From Schizochytrium sp. TIO01 (taxonomy: Eukaryota; Protista; Bigyra: Labyrinthulomycetes), in NCBI GenBank assembly GCA_004764695.1, contig SMSO01000034.1:3534001-3598000 (forward strand): a stretch of 64,000 nt of DNA, written 5' to 3'. The notes below the pieces were generated by a model. That model saw nothing but the letters and a program-made list of their open reading frames with translations. It had not been told where the DNA came from and searched no databases. Position 1 is the stretch's first letter. Each line of letters starts with the position of its first letter. Shown in pieces: positions 1 to 9,520 of this stretch. The translations under genes were made by a program, and so were the position numbers.

Positions 1-689
1 CTAGCTCTAGCTCCAGCAGCAGCTCTTCTAGCTCTAGCTCCAGTAGCAGCTCTTCCAGCTCCAGCAGCAGCTCTTCTAGCTCTAGCTCTTCTTCCGGATC
101 TAGCTCTGGCTCCTCGTCTGGATCTAGCTCTAGTAGTTCGAGCTCCAGCTCTTCATCCTCTTCGTCATCCAGCTCCTCGTCTTCTTCGTCTAGCTCCAGC
201 AGTTCGAGCTCCAGCTCTTCCTCTGGATCTAGCTCCAGCTCTGGCTCATCGCCTACCAAGGCCCCGACTAAGAAGCCCACCTCCAGTTCTAGCTCTGGAT
301 CTAGCTCTAGCAGCAGCAGCAGCAGCTCTTCTTCGTCTAGCTCCAGCTCCTCATCTTCTTCTTCGTCGTCTTCGTCCAGCTCCTCTAGCTCCAACTCTGG
401 TTCTAGCTCTGGTTCTAGCTCTGACTCAAGCAGCAGCTCTTCTAGCTCCAGCTCCAGCAGTGCCTCCAGCTCTAGCTCCAGCTCCAGCTCCAGCTCCAGC
501 AGTGCCTCTAGCTCCAGCAGCTCCAACTCTGGTTCTAGCTCTGACTCAAGCAGCAGCTCTTCTAGCTCCAGCTCCAGCAGTGCCTCCAGCTCTTCTAGCT
601 CTAGCTCATCCGACTCTAGCTCCAGCAGCGAGTCTGGCGCCCGCCGCCTCTTCAACTGGGGCCGCAGATTGCTTCGCGGAACGATGTAA
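1..689 (+). CDS. 3' end (5'-truncated) of an extremely serine-rich, probably secreted/cell-surface protein with a PT-type linker
   Basis: The frame starting at nt 3 reads almost pure Ser (alternating AGC/TCN codons). It includes GSSPTKAPTKKPTSS at ~243-290 and ends ...SESGARRLFNWGRRLLRGTM-TAA(687-689). Not in the ORF track because the start lies outside the window. Confidence 0.8.
   Translation, partial: SSSSSSSSSSSSSSSSSSSSSSSSSSSSSSSGSSSGSSSGSSSSSSSSSSSSSSSSSSSSSSSSSSSSSSSSSSGSSSSSGSSPTKAPTKKPTSSSSSGSSSSSSSSSSSSSSSSSSSSSSSSSSSSSSSNSGSSSGSSSDSSSSSSSSSSSSASSSSSSSSSSSSSASSSSSSNSGSSSDSSSSSSSSSSSSASSSSSSSSSDSSSSSESGARRLFNWGRRLLRGTM
400..600 (+). repeat. Internal ~120-bp-period duplication within the poly-Ser CDS
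   Basis: The sequence from 421 and from 541 is identical for ~53 nt (ctgactcaagcagcagctcttctagctccagctccagcagtgcctccagctct). Confidence 0.75.
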
Positions 690-1377
690 TATCCGAACCG
701 TCAAGATCTTCAATTCTGATAGGATCGATAATCAATCAAAACAGATCTTTATGAAAATATCTTTTATCTTACCTAAGTTCTTTCTTGGCTTCGTTGCAGC
801 TATGTTCAGACTTATGGCACACATAGTTAGTTACTTAGTTCTTTGGTGAACTTGTCAATTGGGTTTGTGGATTCCGAAAGTAAACGCTTAATTGAGAGGT
901 TTCAAGGCTGGGAATGGCCAAACAAGAACGAATCTCATCGAAGAATGCATACAGATAGTTAGTCACTTTCACAGCGTAGACGAAGCCAAGGCAACTGTCG
1001 CGGAATGAATGATCAGTTCTCTACAGCGGTTGCATGTTATGAAGAAATCATGGCACCGCGGGTACAGCTTGGAGGTGGAGTGAAGGCTTGGATTGAGACA
1101 TTCAACCAGCTTGGAAATTATGTCGGTACTGCGACTGACCCAAACTCAATTTAGTCGTTATGTATCCCACATATAAAAGCACTTAGCTTTTGCAATAACC
1201 AAGTAAGCAATTGTGGAGAGGCATACAGCTTATATGGTGCTCTACTGCTATCTTAAAATATCCAAAGCTGTGTTCCTTGTCGAGTTCTTTTCTGTCGCAC
1301 CATCCATCATCATGTCTTTGGTTTTTGTCTTCGTCTTAGCTTTAAACCCAACGTTTTGTGGGTCTTTCCCTGTGCGA

Positions 1378-1412
1378 GACTAGCACGAGGGGACTAGCAC
1401 GAGGGGACTAGC
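1378..1412. repeat. Short tandem repeat (GACTAGCACGAGGG)x~2.5
   Basis: Directly visible: gactagcacgaggg gactagcacgaggg gactagc. Confidence 0.8.
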
Positions 1413-2022
1413 CACTCCCTAGGCACTTCTATGTACTACAGCTTGGGAGAACTATGAGTGTTGAGTCGTATGTTTTCCAATAGTTACATTCTTATCCTCT
1501 GCTCTTTTAAAAATGATCCGTTGTGTTGGCGCGGATGGTCACTCTCAAAACTCCCAAGCTTGCAACTCAAACTTATCCTTGTCCTAACTTGAGCACAGCT
1601 AAAGACCAGATGAAGGCAAGGCATCGCCCATGTAGCTTTGTGAGCTTGCCATCCTCAGCGAACAATATCTTTGAATTCAAAGATAATAATAGAGCAAGAA
1701 TACTCAACACAGTATAAGGTGTTGTTCTTAAGTGGTGCGCTGTCCTGGTGTAACAGGGAACAGGCTTGCGGTGTGCCCAGTATTTTCATTTGAGAGTTCC
1801 ATTTGGAGTACCTTTTTCGATATAGTTGTATTGGTCGACTAGCTAGATAGTTGCCCCAAGTCCTTCCTTGTGGTCTCTGCTCTTGTTGAGCGAGTCAGAG
1901 TAGAGACCTAGGTAAGTGAGCTTTCCTCTTGCGCGTTTGGAGCGCGCGGGAAATCTCCCTGCCGACGCCCGCAGGATTGGATCGGAGGCATCCTGCAGAT
2001 TGCCAACGCAATCAGCCCCGAA

Positions 2023-5000
2023 ATGGACCGCTTTGAGATATACGATGTCATAGGTCGAGGAGCTTTTGCTGATGTGGAGCGAGTAAGGCGCAAAGAGGAT
2101 GGAAGACTGCTGGTGCTGAAGACTCTGAGGGCCGGAGTTCAAGATCTTTCTGATGCTGAGCGCAAAGAAATGATAAACGAGGTCAAGCTTCTATCAGAAC
2201 TCAATCACCCAAACGTAATTCAGTATTTTGGGAGTTTTGTCGAGGAAGGTAGGCAACACATTGTTATGGAGTATGCTGCGGGTGGAGCTCTGGCACAAGT
2301 CTTGAAGCAATCCAAATCCCTCCTGCCCGAAGATCAGATTTGGGAATGGTTTTCGCAAATATGCATTGCATTACGTTATGTTCATAGCTGCAATATATTA
2401 CACCGCGATATCAAGCCACAAAACATACTTCTATGGGGGCCTGAACGTCGTGTAGTTAAGCTTGCTGACTTTGGCATTGCGAAGGTCCTCTCTGCACCAT
2501 CCCATTTAGGTATGCAGCTCGTAGGAACGCCTTATTATTTATCTCCAGAAACTTGTTCTGGTGGGATATACACTCAGAAAAGTGATGTGTGGGCCCTCGG
2601 TTGTGTTTTATACGAAATGGTCTCCCTTAGTCGTCCTTATCAATCCCCAAACCTTGCTCAACTTGCACTCCAAATTATCTGCGAAAAACCCCAGCCCTTA
2701 CCACGAACTACAGCAAGAACATTTTCTGACGCTATCAAAGAGCTCATTGAATTATTATTGCAGAAAGATGCGTCTGAGCGCCCCGATATGGAGGAGCTTT
2801 GTTGTGCTCCGGTAGTGCGTCACAAGATGCAACTCTGGGACGCGTTCCGAGATTCATTGATACATAACGAGGCGAAAAATGTGCAAGCAGAAGCTGATGC
2901 TTATATTTTATATCGAAGGGAGCAAGCGGCTCAAATTACAACAGATAATGTTACTCGTAGTACATCAAACAACAGTGAACAAGCGTCCTTCACTAATGAA
3001 ATTCACCCTGAAAGTATTGCTGGTTCGCAAGAAAATCCCAACCAGAATGCTTATGTAACCTCACCACAAAGAAAACCACGTGGCGCGAAATCTATGTCAG
3101 TTTTAGAGCAAAATGCAGTTTTTCGTAGAGGAAGTGGTAATGCAAGCGTAGTAGAGTCTCTGTCTCCACGTTCATGTGTGGAACATGAAGGGAGTATGAC
3201 AGGTAAAAGCTTTTTCAGTACTGGAAGTCCACGGGCAAGTCTAGTCGGCGCAGTTAGTCATGCTAAACGTAGTAGCTTAACACCAGGACAACTGGGTACC
3301 TTGAATTTTGGTGGCAGCTTTGGGCGCATTCGCTCTTCAACTGGGGTTTTCTCTGGTTCAAGCGATGCACGTGACTCAGGAATGTCTTATACTTCAATGT
3401 CAGATTCGGAAGCTCGTATCCTCATGTCTCTAATAATCCGTGATGGTGTGCGAGTCTTTCGATGGGGTAATGGGCAGCGGCGACCAATCCTTGATGCAAA
3501 TTTGTATAACATGACCTTGCAGCATAGCTTGAATGTTGATCTTATCGCAGGAACTCGTTTCGAAGAATCTGATTCAGAGCTCGAGCATACTCTTGTGCTG
3601 ACAGAAGAGGGACAGGTATTTAGCTTCGGTTGCAATAGTTCAGGTCAACTAGGCCTTGGGAACACATCAACAGCTTCTCATGCTCGTTTGATACTCAGGC
3701 ATGTCAAGTACTTTGCTGAACGATCTATCTCAATTGCAAGCATTTCCTGTGGATCTGAGTTCTCGGCTGCTGCATCACGCGATGGCAAGGTTTATTTGTG
3801 GGGAGATTTGGATTCATTAGGCTCACCTAAAGATCTCGAGCTAAAAGTGGAAATGTGCTGCGATCTTGCAGGTCTTACGCGTCAACATTTTGTAGAAGGC
3901 ATGTCAGAAACTTCCTCAATTAGTGATAGCGATGCTGATCGAAGTCCATGGACTGGTCAATCTTCATTGGATGAAATTAAAATCCCTTACAATCGGGAAC
4001 TTGCGAGAAATAAGCAAGATTCTGGAAGACCAATTGCAACTGAGGAGGAAAATAATCAAGGTGCACGTGTTCAGGGAACAATGGCAATTAATTGCTCCTC
4101 GAAGAAAATGGATCAACCAGATGCTACAGAATGCTCAGACAGTCCAAAAGATAGTACAATATCAACATCATGCGCAAGCCAGTCAAGTGCAACAGAGGAA
4201 GACTATGCAGATGCTTCAGAATGGCCGGCCTGGGCGCAAGAAAGAGCCCAAGATCTACAACAGCAACAACGACAGCAGCAAGCTATATGTAATCTTCCTC
4301 AATCTCACAAAAATAAGGGAGCCAAGAATCGCACAACAGAGCTTGTTGTGGATGTTGGTGAAAGCACGAATGAAACCCCTCCCAGTTGGCCTACATGGGC
4401 TCAAGAGGCATATAGCCAGCAAATGGCCGCTCAAAACGCTGTCAATGAAACTTCAAGTTCTGCACTCAGAGAAGACATTTTGCAAGAGGAAATCGAGGAG
4501 GCTCCTGAGAGATGGCCTGCTTGGGCACGCGCGGAATTCAACAGACAAAAGTCCGTGAGATCTTTACTGACCCCAACACAGAATCCCTTCGCAAGCCCTG
4601 CTCATTCCTTAAATGGGACAAACCCTTCGTCTTTATCCTCATCGAATTCTTTAAGTTCGGGCGTGAGATCTCTCAAGTCCTTTGGTAGTGCTCAGTCACA
4701 GGCCGGGTTGTACAATTCAAGTAATTCAATTCCATCCTCAGTATCGTCGTCTGGGAGACCCAAAAGCCCAAACCCATTTGCGAGCGACAATGTTTTTAGC
4801 CTTCCTGATATTGATGAACCTGAGTTGGTACCATCAATGGTTCGTTCGTACGGCCCTTCTTACCTTGATAATGATGAAGGCCACGAAGAGGAAGTCAAAC
4901 TTGATGAAGATGGAGATAAAGATGAAGAATGTCTTGTTCACGCTCGAGGAACTCAGGCGACAGATCTTAACACAAATAGAAGCAACTCACAATCTGTGTT

Positions 5001-6858
5001 GAATGAAGATCAAGACAAGGTGCAAAGTCACACGCTCGTAAGAACTTTGACCCAAAGTATTCAAAATGGTATGTGGACAGCAAGCCGATCACGTGTGGGT
5101 TCTACCAGCTCTGCAGGTAGCAATGAGAGCTGGACAGCAGCTCTGAAACACTCTATGAGTAAGATTCTTTCTAAATCAGCTCGTTCTATGCGACGCACGA
5201 TGTCACGGTCTTCTACTTCCTCTGCTGTTAGCAAAACTCCTCCTGCGGGAGAATGCAACTCTGGTGCTTCGCCGCCTGTCGACGTTGAAAGTGCTGACCT
5301 AAGTCAACTCGATGCTCTACTGGTCGGAGGTGTTTCTAGTACAGTGGAACTTTCGAGTGATACCTCAGCTTCCCCTCCATCACATAAACCTCACAAGCTA
5401 AAAGTAGAGGGGTGTTCTACTTCAAATTTTGGTTCTAATACGGCTGCTACTGATGCATCTATTATTAAACAATCTCCTGTACCAGCAGTTCCTGATGCGG
5501 TTCCAGTTCAGGTTGGTAGACGTGTGCATCTGGTGACACAAAGGGCTGAAGACTGTGGCGTAGTACGCTTTATGGGTCGCACAGAATTTGCAAAAGGCAT
5601 ATGGGTTGGTATAGAGCTAGATAATCCAGATGGTAAGAATGACGGATCTGTTCGAGGGAAGCGCTATTTTGCTTGTGGTAAAAATCATGGAGTATTTGTT
5701 CAGCCCAAAAGCTTAATTGTAGTTGTTCCTGGGGTACCTGTTGTTTGGCCCGAATCAAGGTCGTACGCGCCAGCAATGAAAGTAAAAGTAAAATCAAATC
5801 GTCAGTTGCCCTCTGAAGCACCTAGGCGCTCCAACTCGTCACGACATGTAAATTCATTCAATCCTAACTCCCGGAGTAGCTCTCAGCTTAGGTCATCCGT
5901 CAAAATTGAAGAAGCATCACGTGAATTGCAATCATGGCATTCTTCGTCAGATCAGAGCGAGACATCACCCTCTGCACCGAGCTCTCGTGAAGCGTCGAGC
6001 AGAATTCTAGGTAGCCTTTCGTTGTCTAGTGCAGAAGAAGTTAGCAAGTATCGTTCCACAACAAGTGATGATCTACATTACCGAGTTGAGGATCATGTTG
6101 CGTCAAGTGATGGATTTGTCAACGAACCGCGCTGGGTTCATTCTCTGGCTACTGTTTTTGCCATTGAAATTGCATGTGGTTCGAATTTCGTGTGTGTCTT
6201 AAGCCGTGAAGGCCGACTTTTTTCGTGGGGCACAAATGATTTCGGTCAACTTGGACTAAATCATGACGAAGATCAAAGCCGGCCAGCATTGGTACGACTC
6301 GGGCAAGAGGATGTCGTGAAAAGCATTGCTGTAGGCGAGGGTCATGTACTGGCAGTGGCCGGTTCGGGTACATTATACGCTTGGGGGCGTGGATGCGAGG
6401 GACAACTCGGTTTGGATCGCGATATTCACGACGAGCCTAACAGTACACCGGAGGTGGTTAAACAATTTCCAGGTAAGGCAACGAACATTGCAGCTGGACG
6501 CTATCACAGTGCTGCGGTGACAGATGTTGGAGAGATCTACACTTGGGGTGAAGGCGAGAGTGGTCAACTTGGACATGGGGATCGTGATGCCCGCCGCATA
6601 CCACATCTTGTGGAGGCCCTTGGTCGAAATGGTGCAGATGTCCAAATAGAGTCAGTTGTCTGTGGAGCCGAACATACTGTAGTGCTGACAGACTATCGAG
6701 CGGTCTATGCATGGGGAGATGATCAACGTGGATCGGCAGTAAAGCTTTCACCACAATGTATAGACGCCCTTACTGGTTTTTCTGTACGCGATATATGCTG
6801 TGCTAGCTTTCAAACGTTTGCAATATGTCGTACAGAGAATCCGCAGGATGGACTGTAA
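2023..6858 (+). CDS. NIMA-related (NEK8/NEK9-like) Ser/Thr kinase with split RCC1 repeats and an inserted CAP-Gly domain
   Basis: Kinase motifs GRGAFA, VLK, HRDIKPQN, DFG, GTPYYLSPE, KSDVWALGC (NEK-type). RCC1 repeats (FSFGCNSSGQLGLG, SWGTNDFGQLGL, AWGRGCEGQLGL, TWGEGESGQLGHG). CAP-Gly signature WVGIELDNPDGKNDGSVRGKRYF at ~5600-5670. Confidence 0.92.
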   Translation: MDRFEIYDVIGRGAFADVERVRRKEDGRLLVLKTLRAGVQDLSDAERKEMINEVKLLSELNHPNVIQYFGSFVEEGRQHIVMEYAAGGALAQVLKQSKSLLPEDQIWEWFSQICIALRYVHSCNILHRDIKPQNILLWGPERRVVKLADFGIAKVLSAPSHLGMQLVGTPYYLSPETCSGGIYTQKSDVWALGCVLYEMVSLSRPYQSPNLAQLALQIICEKPQPLPRTTARTFSDAIKELIELLLQKDASERPDMEELCCAPVVRHKMQLWDAFRDSLIHNEAKNVQAEADAYILYRREQAAQITTDNVTRSTSNNSEQASFTNEIHPESIAGSQENPNQNAYVTSPQRKPRGAKSMSVLEQNAVFRRGSGNASVVESLSPRSCVEHEGSMTGKSFFSTGSPRASLVGAVSHAKRSSLTPGQLGTLNFGGSFGRIRSSTGVFSGSSDARDSGMSYTSMSDSEARILMSLIIRDGVRVFRWGNGQRRPILDANLYNMTLQHSLNVDLIAGTRFEESDSELEHTLVLTEEGQVFSFGCNSSGQLGLGNTSTASHARLILRHVKYFAERSISIASISCGSEFSAAASRDGKVYLWGDLDSLGSPKDLELKVEMCCDLAGLTRQHFVEGMSETSSISDSDADRSPWTGQSSLDEIKIPYNRELARNKQDSGRPIATEEENNQGARVQGTMAINCSSKKMDQPDATECSDSPKDSTISTSCASQSSATEEDYADASEWPAWAQERAQDLQQQQRQQQAICNLPQSHKNKGAKNRTTELVVDVGESTNETPPSWPTWAQEAYSQQMAAQNAVNETSSSALREDILQEEIEEAPERWPAWARAEFNRQKSVRSLLTPTQNPFASPAHSLNGTNPSSLSSSNSLSSGVRSLKSFGSAQSQAGLYNSSNSIPSSVSSSGRPKSPNPFASDNVFSLPDIDEPELVPSMVRSYGPSYLDNDEGHEEEVKLDEDGDKDEECLVHARGTQATDLNTNRSNSQSVLNEDQDKVQSHTLVRTLTQSIQNGMWTASRSRVGSTSSAGSNESWTAALKHSMSKILSKSARSMRRTMSRSSTSSAVSKTPPAGECNSGASPPVDVESADLSQLDALLVGGVSSTVELSSDTSASPPSHKPHKLKVEGCSTSNFGSNTAATDASIIKQSPVPAVPDAVPVQVGRRVHLVTQRAEDCGVVRFMGRTEFAKGIWVGIELDNPDGKNDGSVRGKRYFACGKNHGVFVQPKSLIVVVPGVPVVWPESRSYAPAMKVKVKSNRQLPSEAPRRSNSSRHVNSFNPNSRSSSQLRSSVKIEEASRELQSWHSSSDQSETSPSAPSSREASSRILGSLSLSSAEEVSKYRSTTSDDLHYRVEDHVASSDGFVNEPRWVHSLATVFAIEIACGSNFVCVLSREGRLFSWGTNDFGQLGLNHDEDQSRPALVRLGQEDVVKSIAVGEGHVLAVAGSGTLYAWGRGCEGQLGLDRDIHDEPNSTPEVVKQFPGKATNIAAGRYHSAAVTDVGEIYTWGEGESGQLGHGDRDARRIPHLVEALGRNGADVQIESVVCGAEHTVVLTDYRAVYAWGDDQRGSAVKLSPQCIDALTGFSVRDICCASFQTFAICRTENPQDGL

Positions 6859-7301
6859 GGATTTTTCCTCAGGTTGATATAGAGGTATAAAATTGCAAGA
6901 AACGGGTATTTATTCGTTGCTTATGTTGATATAGGAGATTCAAAATAACACTGTTGCTTTATTCATTATGTGCATGCTTGCATTAACAAAGCTTGTTCTG
7001 CTTTCTACCACTTGTTTTCATCACAATGTATGTTTTCTATCAATCTTTGTTATTTATTAAGAAAGGTAAACGTCACCCATCCTGGCATATGACATGGCAA
7101 ACTTTTGGTTTATTAAATGGAAGTCGGCAGCAGGTGCTGCTTAAAATAAAATCGTGGGCCCGGCAAAGTTAACTGAATAAAAATCGAATCGTATGCAGTA
7201 TATCGGAAACGTTTGCGTTAGTGTATATATGTATCGTATATGTGTGTGTTTATGGTTTATGAAAATAGGTCCAACCCTGCTCTGCTTTAACGATAGTCTT
7301 G

Positions 7302-8447
7302 TTATGCATCGAGCCGAATTTTTTTTGCAGGGGGTTCCTCTAGCGTGCTGAGCGAGTCAGCGTCTCCATTGGGAAGCTCATCAGCGAAGGCATATGGCTG
7401 CATAAGCTCGCTTGGCGGATGTAAACCAAGTTTTTCCCAAGTGATGTCGTCTGAGATGGGTTCCATTGCGGGGTCCAGCCCCATGGTTTCCATAATTTTA
7501 TGAAGGTTCGGTTTTGGCTCCTTAATTGCTTCAATAATCGGAGATTTAGACTTGCGCGGCACAGTTGTATTGTACCTCAGCATCTGCTGTAGCATCCACA
7601 TTGTACCCCTCTCATGCTGTCCCACAAGTCTGGCTACTCTAGTATAGTCCCTCATAACATCAAATATGGGTAACGGTCCATCCATTTTAAACACGCTGGG
7701 GTTCGCAAGTGCTCCCCGAGCGATCATTATCCTGTTCGCTCCATACTCCGACCGCAATTTCTCGATATCCTTCGCTGAATAGACATCTCCATTCGCCAAC
7801 ACAGGCACGTGTACCGCATCCACGACGGCTGAGAGCCTGTCCCAAATAGCAGGCTCTCGAGGTCTGTGGTGCGTTTCGCGCATGTGAACTCCGATCGCCT
7901 GTGCTCCAGCTGCTTCCAGTCGTCTCACCAGCTCGACGGTCTTGGCGTCGTCCTCAAGTAGCCTGATCTTGCACGTAACTGTAACATCTTCGCTCAAGTT
8001 GCGTCTGAGAGCGCGTAGCATATCTTCTGCAAGCTCAGGTTTACGAAGAAGTGAAGCGCCCATCCCACCTGATATAGAGAAGTGCTTTGGACATCCCATA
8101 TTGATGTCGATGCCGGCGACGTCACGCTGGTAGATCTGGGCAGCGCGGACGACAAGGTCAGCGTCTGCGCTACCAATCTGCAGAACAACACGCTTATGCT
8201 CAAGAGAGCATGTGGTAAAAACTGTGGAGTTGTCCTTGGTCCAGAAGTACTCCACGAGGCCGCCCTCATCGCCAGAGACTTGTCGCCGCTCGGTTTCCAC
8301 GAGCTTTTTGTCAATGAGCTCCTCGGAGTACACTATGTCAGCGCCGTATGCTAAGCATAGAAGGCGCAAAGGAAGCTTCCCAGCCCGCACCATTGGTGCG
8401 AGAGCCTTTGCACCATCGCGGTACAACCTCTGCACAGCGGAGCTCAT
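7302..8447 (-). CDS. DUS2: tRNA-dihydrouridine(20) synthase, DUS2-like
   Basis: LAPMVRAGKLPLRLLCLAYGADIVYSEELIDKKL matches the DUS2 N-terminus; DINMGCPK catalytic Cys, GMGASLL, TCKIR, ANGD, MIARGA. The start was moved to the ATG at 8447 because the upstream extension looks non-coding. The C-terminal PPAKKIRLD resembles an NLS; no dsRBD. Confidence 0.9.
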   Translation of the reverse strand: MSSAVQRLYRDGAKALAPMVRAGKLPLRLLCLAYGADIVYSEELIDKKLVETERRQVSGDEGGLVEYFWTKDNSTVFTTCSLEHKRVVLQIGSADADLVVRAAQIYQRDVAGIDINMGCPKHFSISGGMGASLLRKPELAEDMLRALRRNLSEDVTVTCKIRLLEDDAKTVELVRRLEAAGAQAIGVHMRETHHRPREPAIWDRLSAVVDAVHVPVLANGDVYSAKDIEKLRSEYGANRIMIARGALANPSVFKMDGPLPIFDVMRDYTRVARLVGQHERGTMWMLQQMLRYNTTVPRKSKSPIIEAIKEPKPNLHKIMETMGLDPAMEPISDDITWEKLGLHPPSELMQPYAFADELPNGDADSLSTLEEPPAKKIRLDA

Positions 8448-9520
8448 GCTGTCTTCACGTTGCGCTAAGCATAAAGCAATTGAATGAACGCGTGAGCCAT
8501 TTGAGTCAAGCAAGAAACAAATAGAAATATAGTATGAAAGTAGAATTTTTAACCTTATTTCAACTAAATAATAGTAGGTACCTACCCACCTACTACTAAT
8601 AGCGCGAAAGGTAGAAGAGAAGTCAGTCATCACAGAAAGAGTAAAAGAGTAATAGATCTACTAGTCAATTGATGTTTTCAATTGCTCTCTTGTTTCTCAA
8701 GCCTTGTGTCATGAACTGCTTAGTTGAGGTCAGTTTGAGCACATAAATAGAAGTGAACGAACCGAGTGCTGAAGGGTGTCTTTGATTGCTCCCGTTGACA
8801 AGATCTGTGCGTATTTGCTCGCCAATTCAATGACTGATCGAGACAATATTAAACTTGTATGTAAAGCAAAAAGTCTGAATGAATGCGTGGAGGAGTTTGA
8901 TACGAGTAGGGTAAAGGAAAAGAATTTGCAGTTAAGTTTTTATATGTTAAGGCTATCTATGGCTTTGGTGTTTAGACAGAGCCATGTAGAGTTTTCATTG
9001 TTCTTTTTCACAAGGATAAGACAATTTGAGGGGCTGGATCTGAGCATGCATTATTAGTACCTTTCTCTTTACGGGTAGCAGATGCAAGGAACTAGTTCCC
9101 CGCAGTTTAAAAACACTGTTCTGCAATTTCAAGCGGAAATCAAATACGCAGACAAACTCAAATATGAAACGATTATACAATAATAAGACAGATCTGGTTG
9201 CTAGAGCAAATGGGACCATAATGATTTCATCGAACCTTATTTGTGTAGCTTCTGCATTTGAGGTAGTACATTAGAAGGAAAAGAGCAAATTGAGGTTTAA
9301 AATATGGAAGAGATCGCGTATGTCAATGCAGCGAAATCAATATTCAATAAGGAAGGAAAAGTAATTTCCTGCTCAATTTGGAAAATGAAAAGGTCACAGC
9401 TTAGATTTGACAGTACCAGGTATTCATGAATAGATTGTTTGATTTATCGGGGTCGCTACAGTTAGGAAGTTCGCTAGTAAGATAGGTTAGTGTTGTTTTC
9501 TGCAAGGTCTCAGCACAGAT

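Noticed and set aside
460-849. 129-aa Pro/Ala-rich ORF in the track
   Set aside because: Alternative-frame shadow of the poly-Ser CDS; GTG start, and it runs into AT-rich 3' UTR.
8448-8633. 62-aa N-terminal extension of DUS2
   Set aside because: Non-ATG start, AT-rich promoter-like sequence; homology begins after the ATG at 8447.
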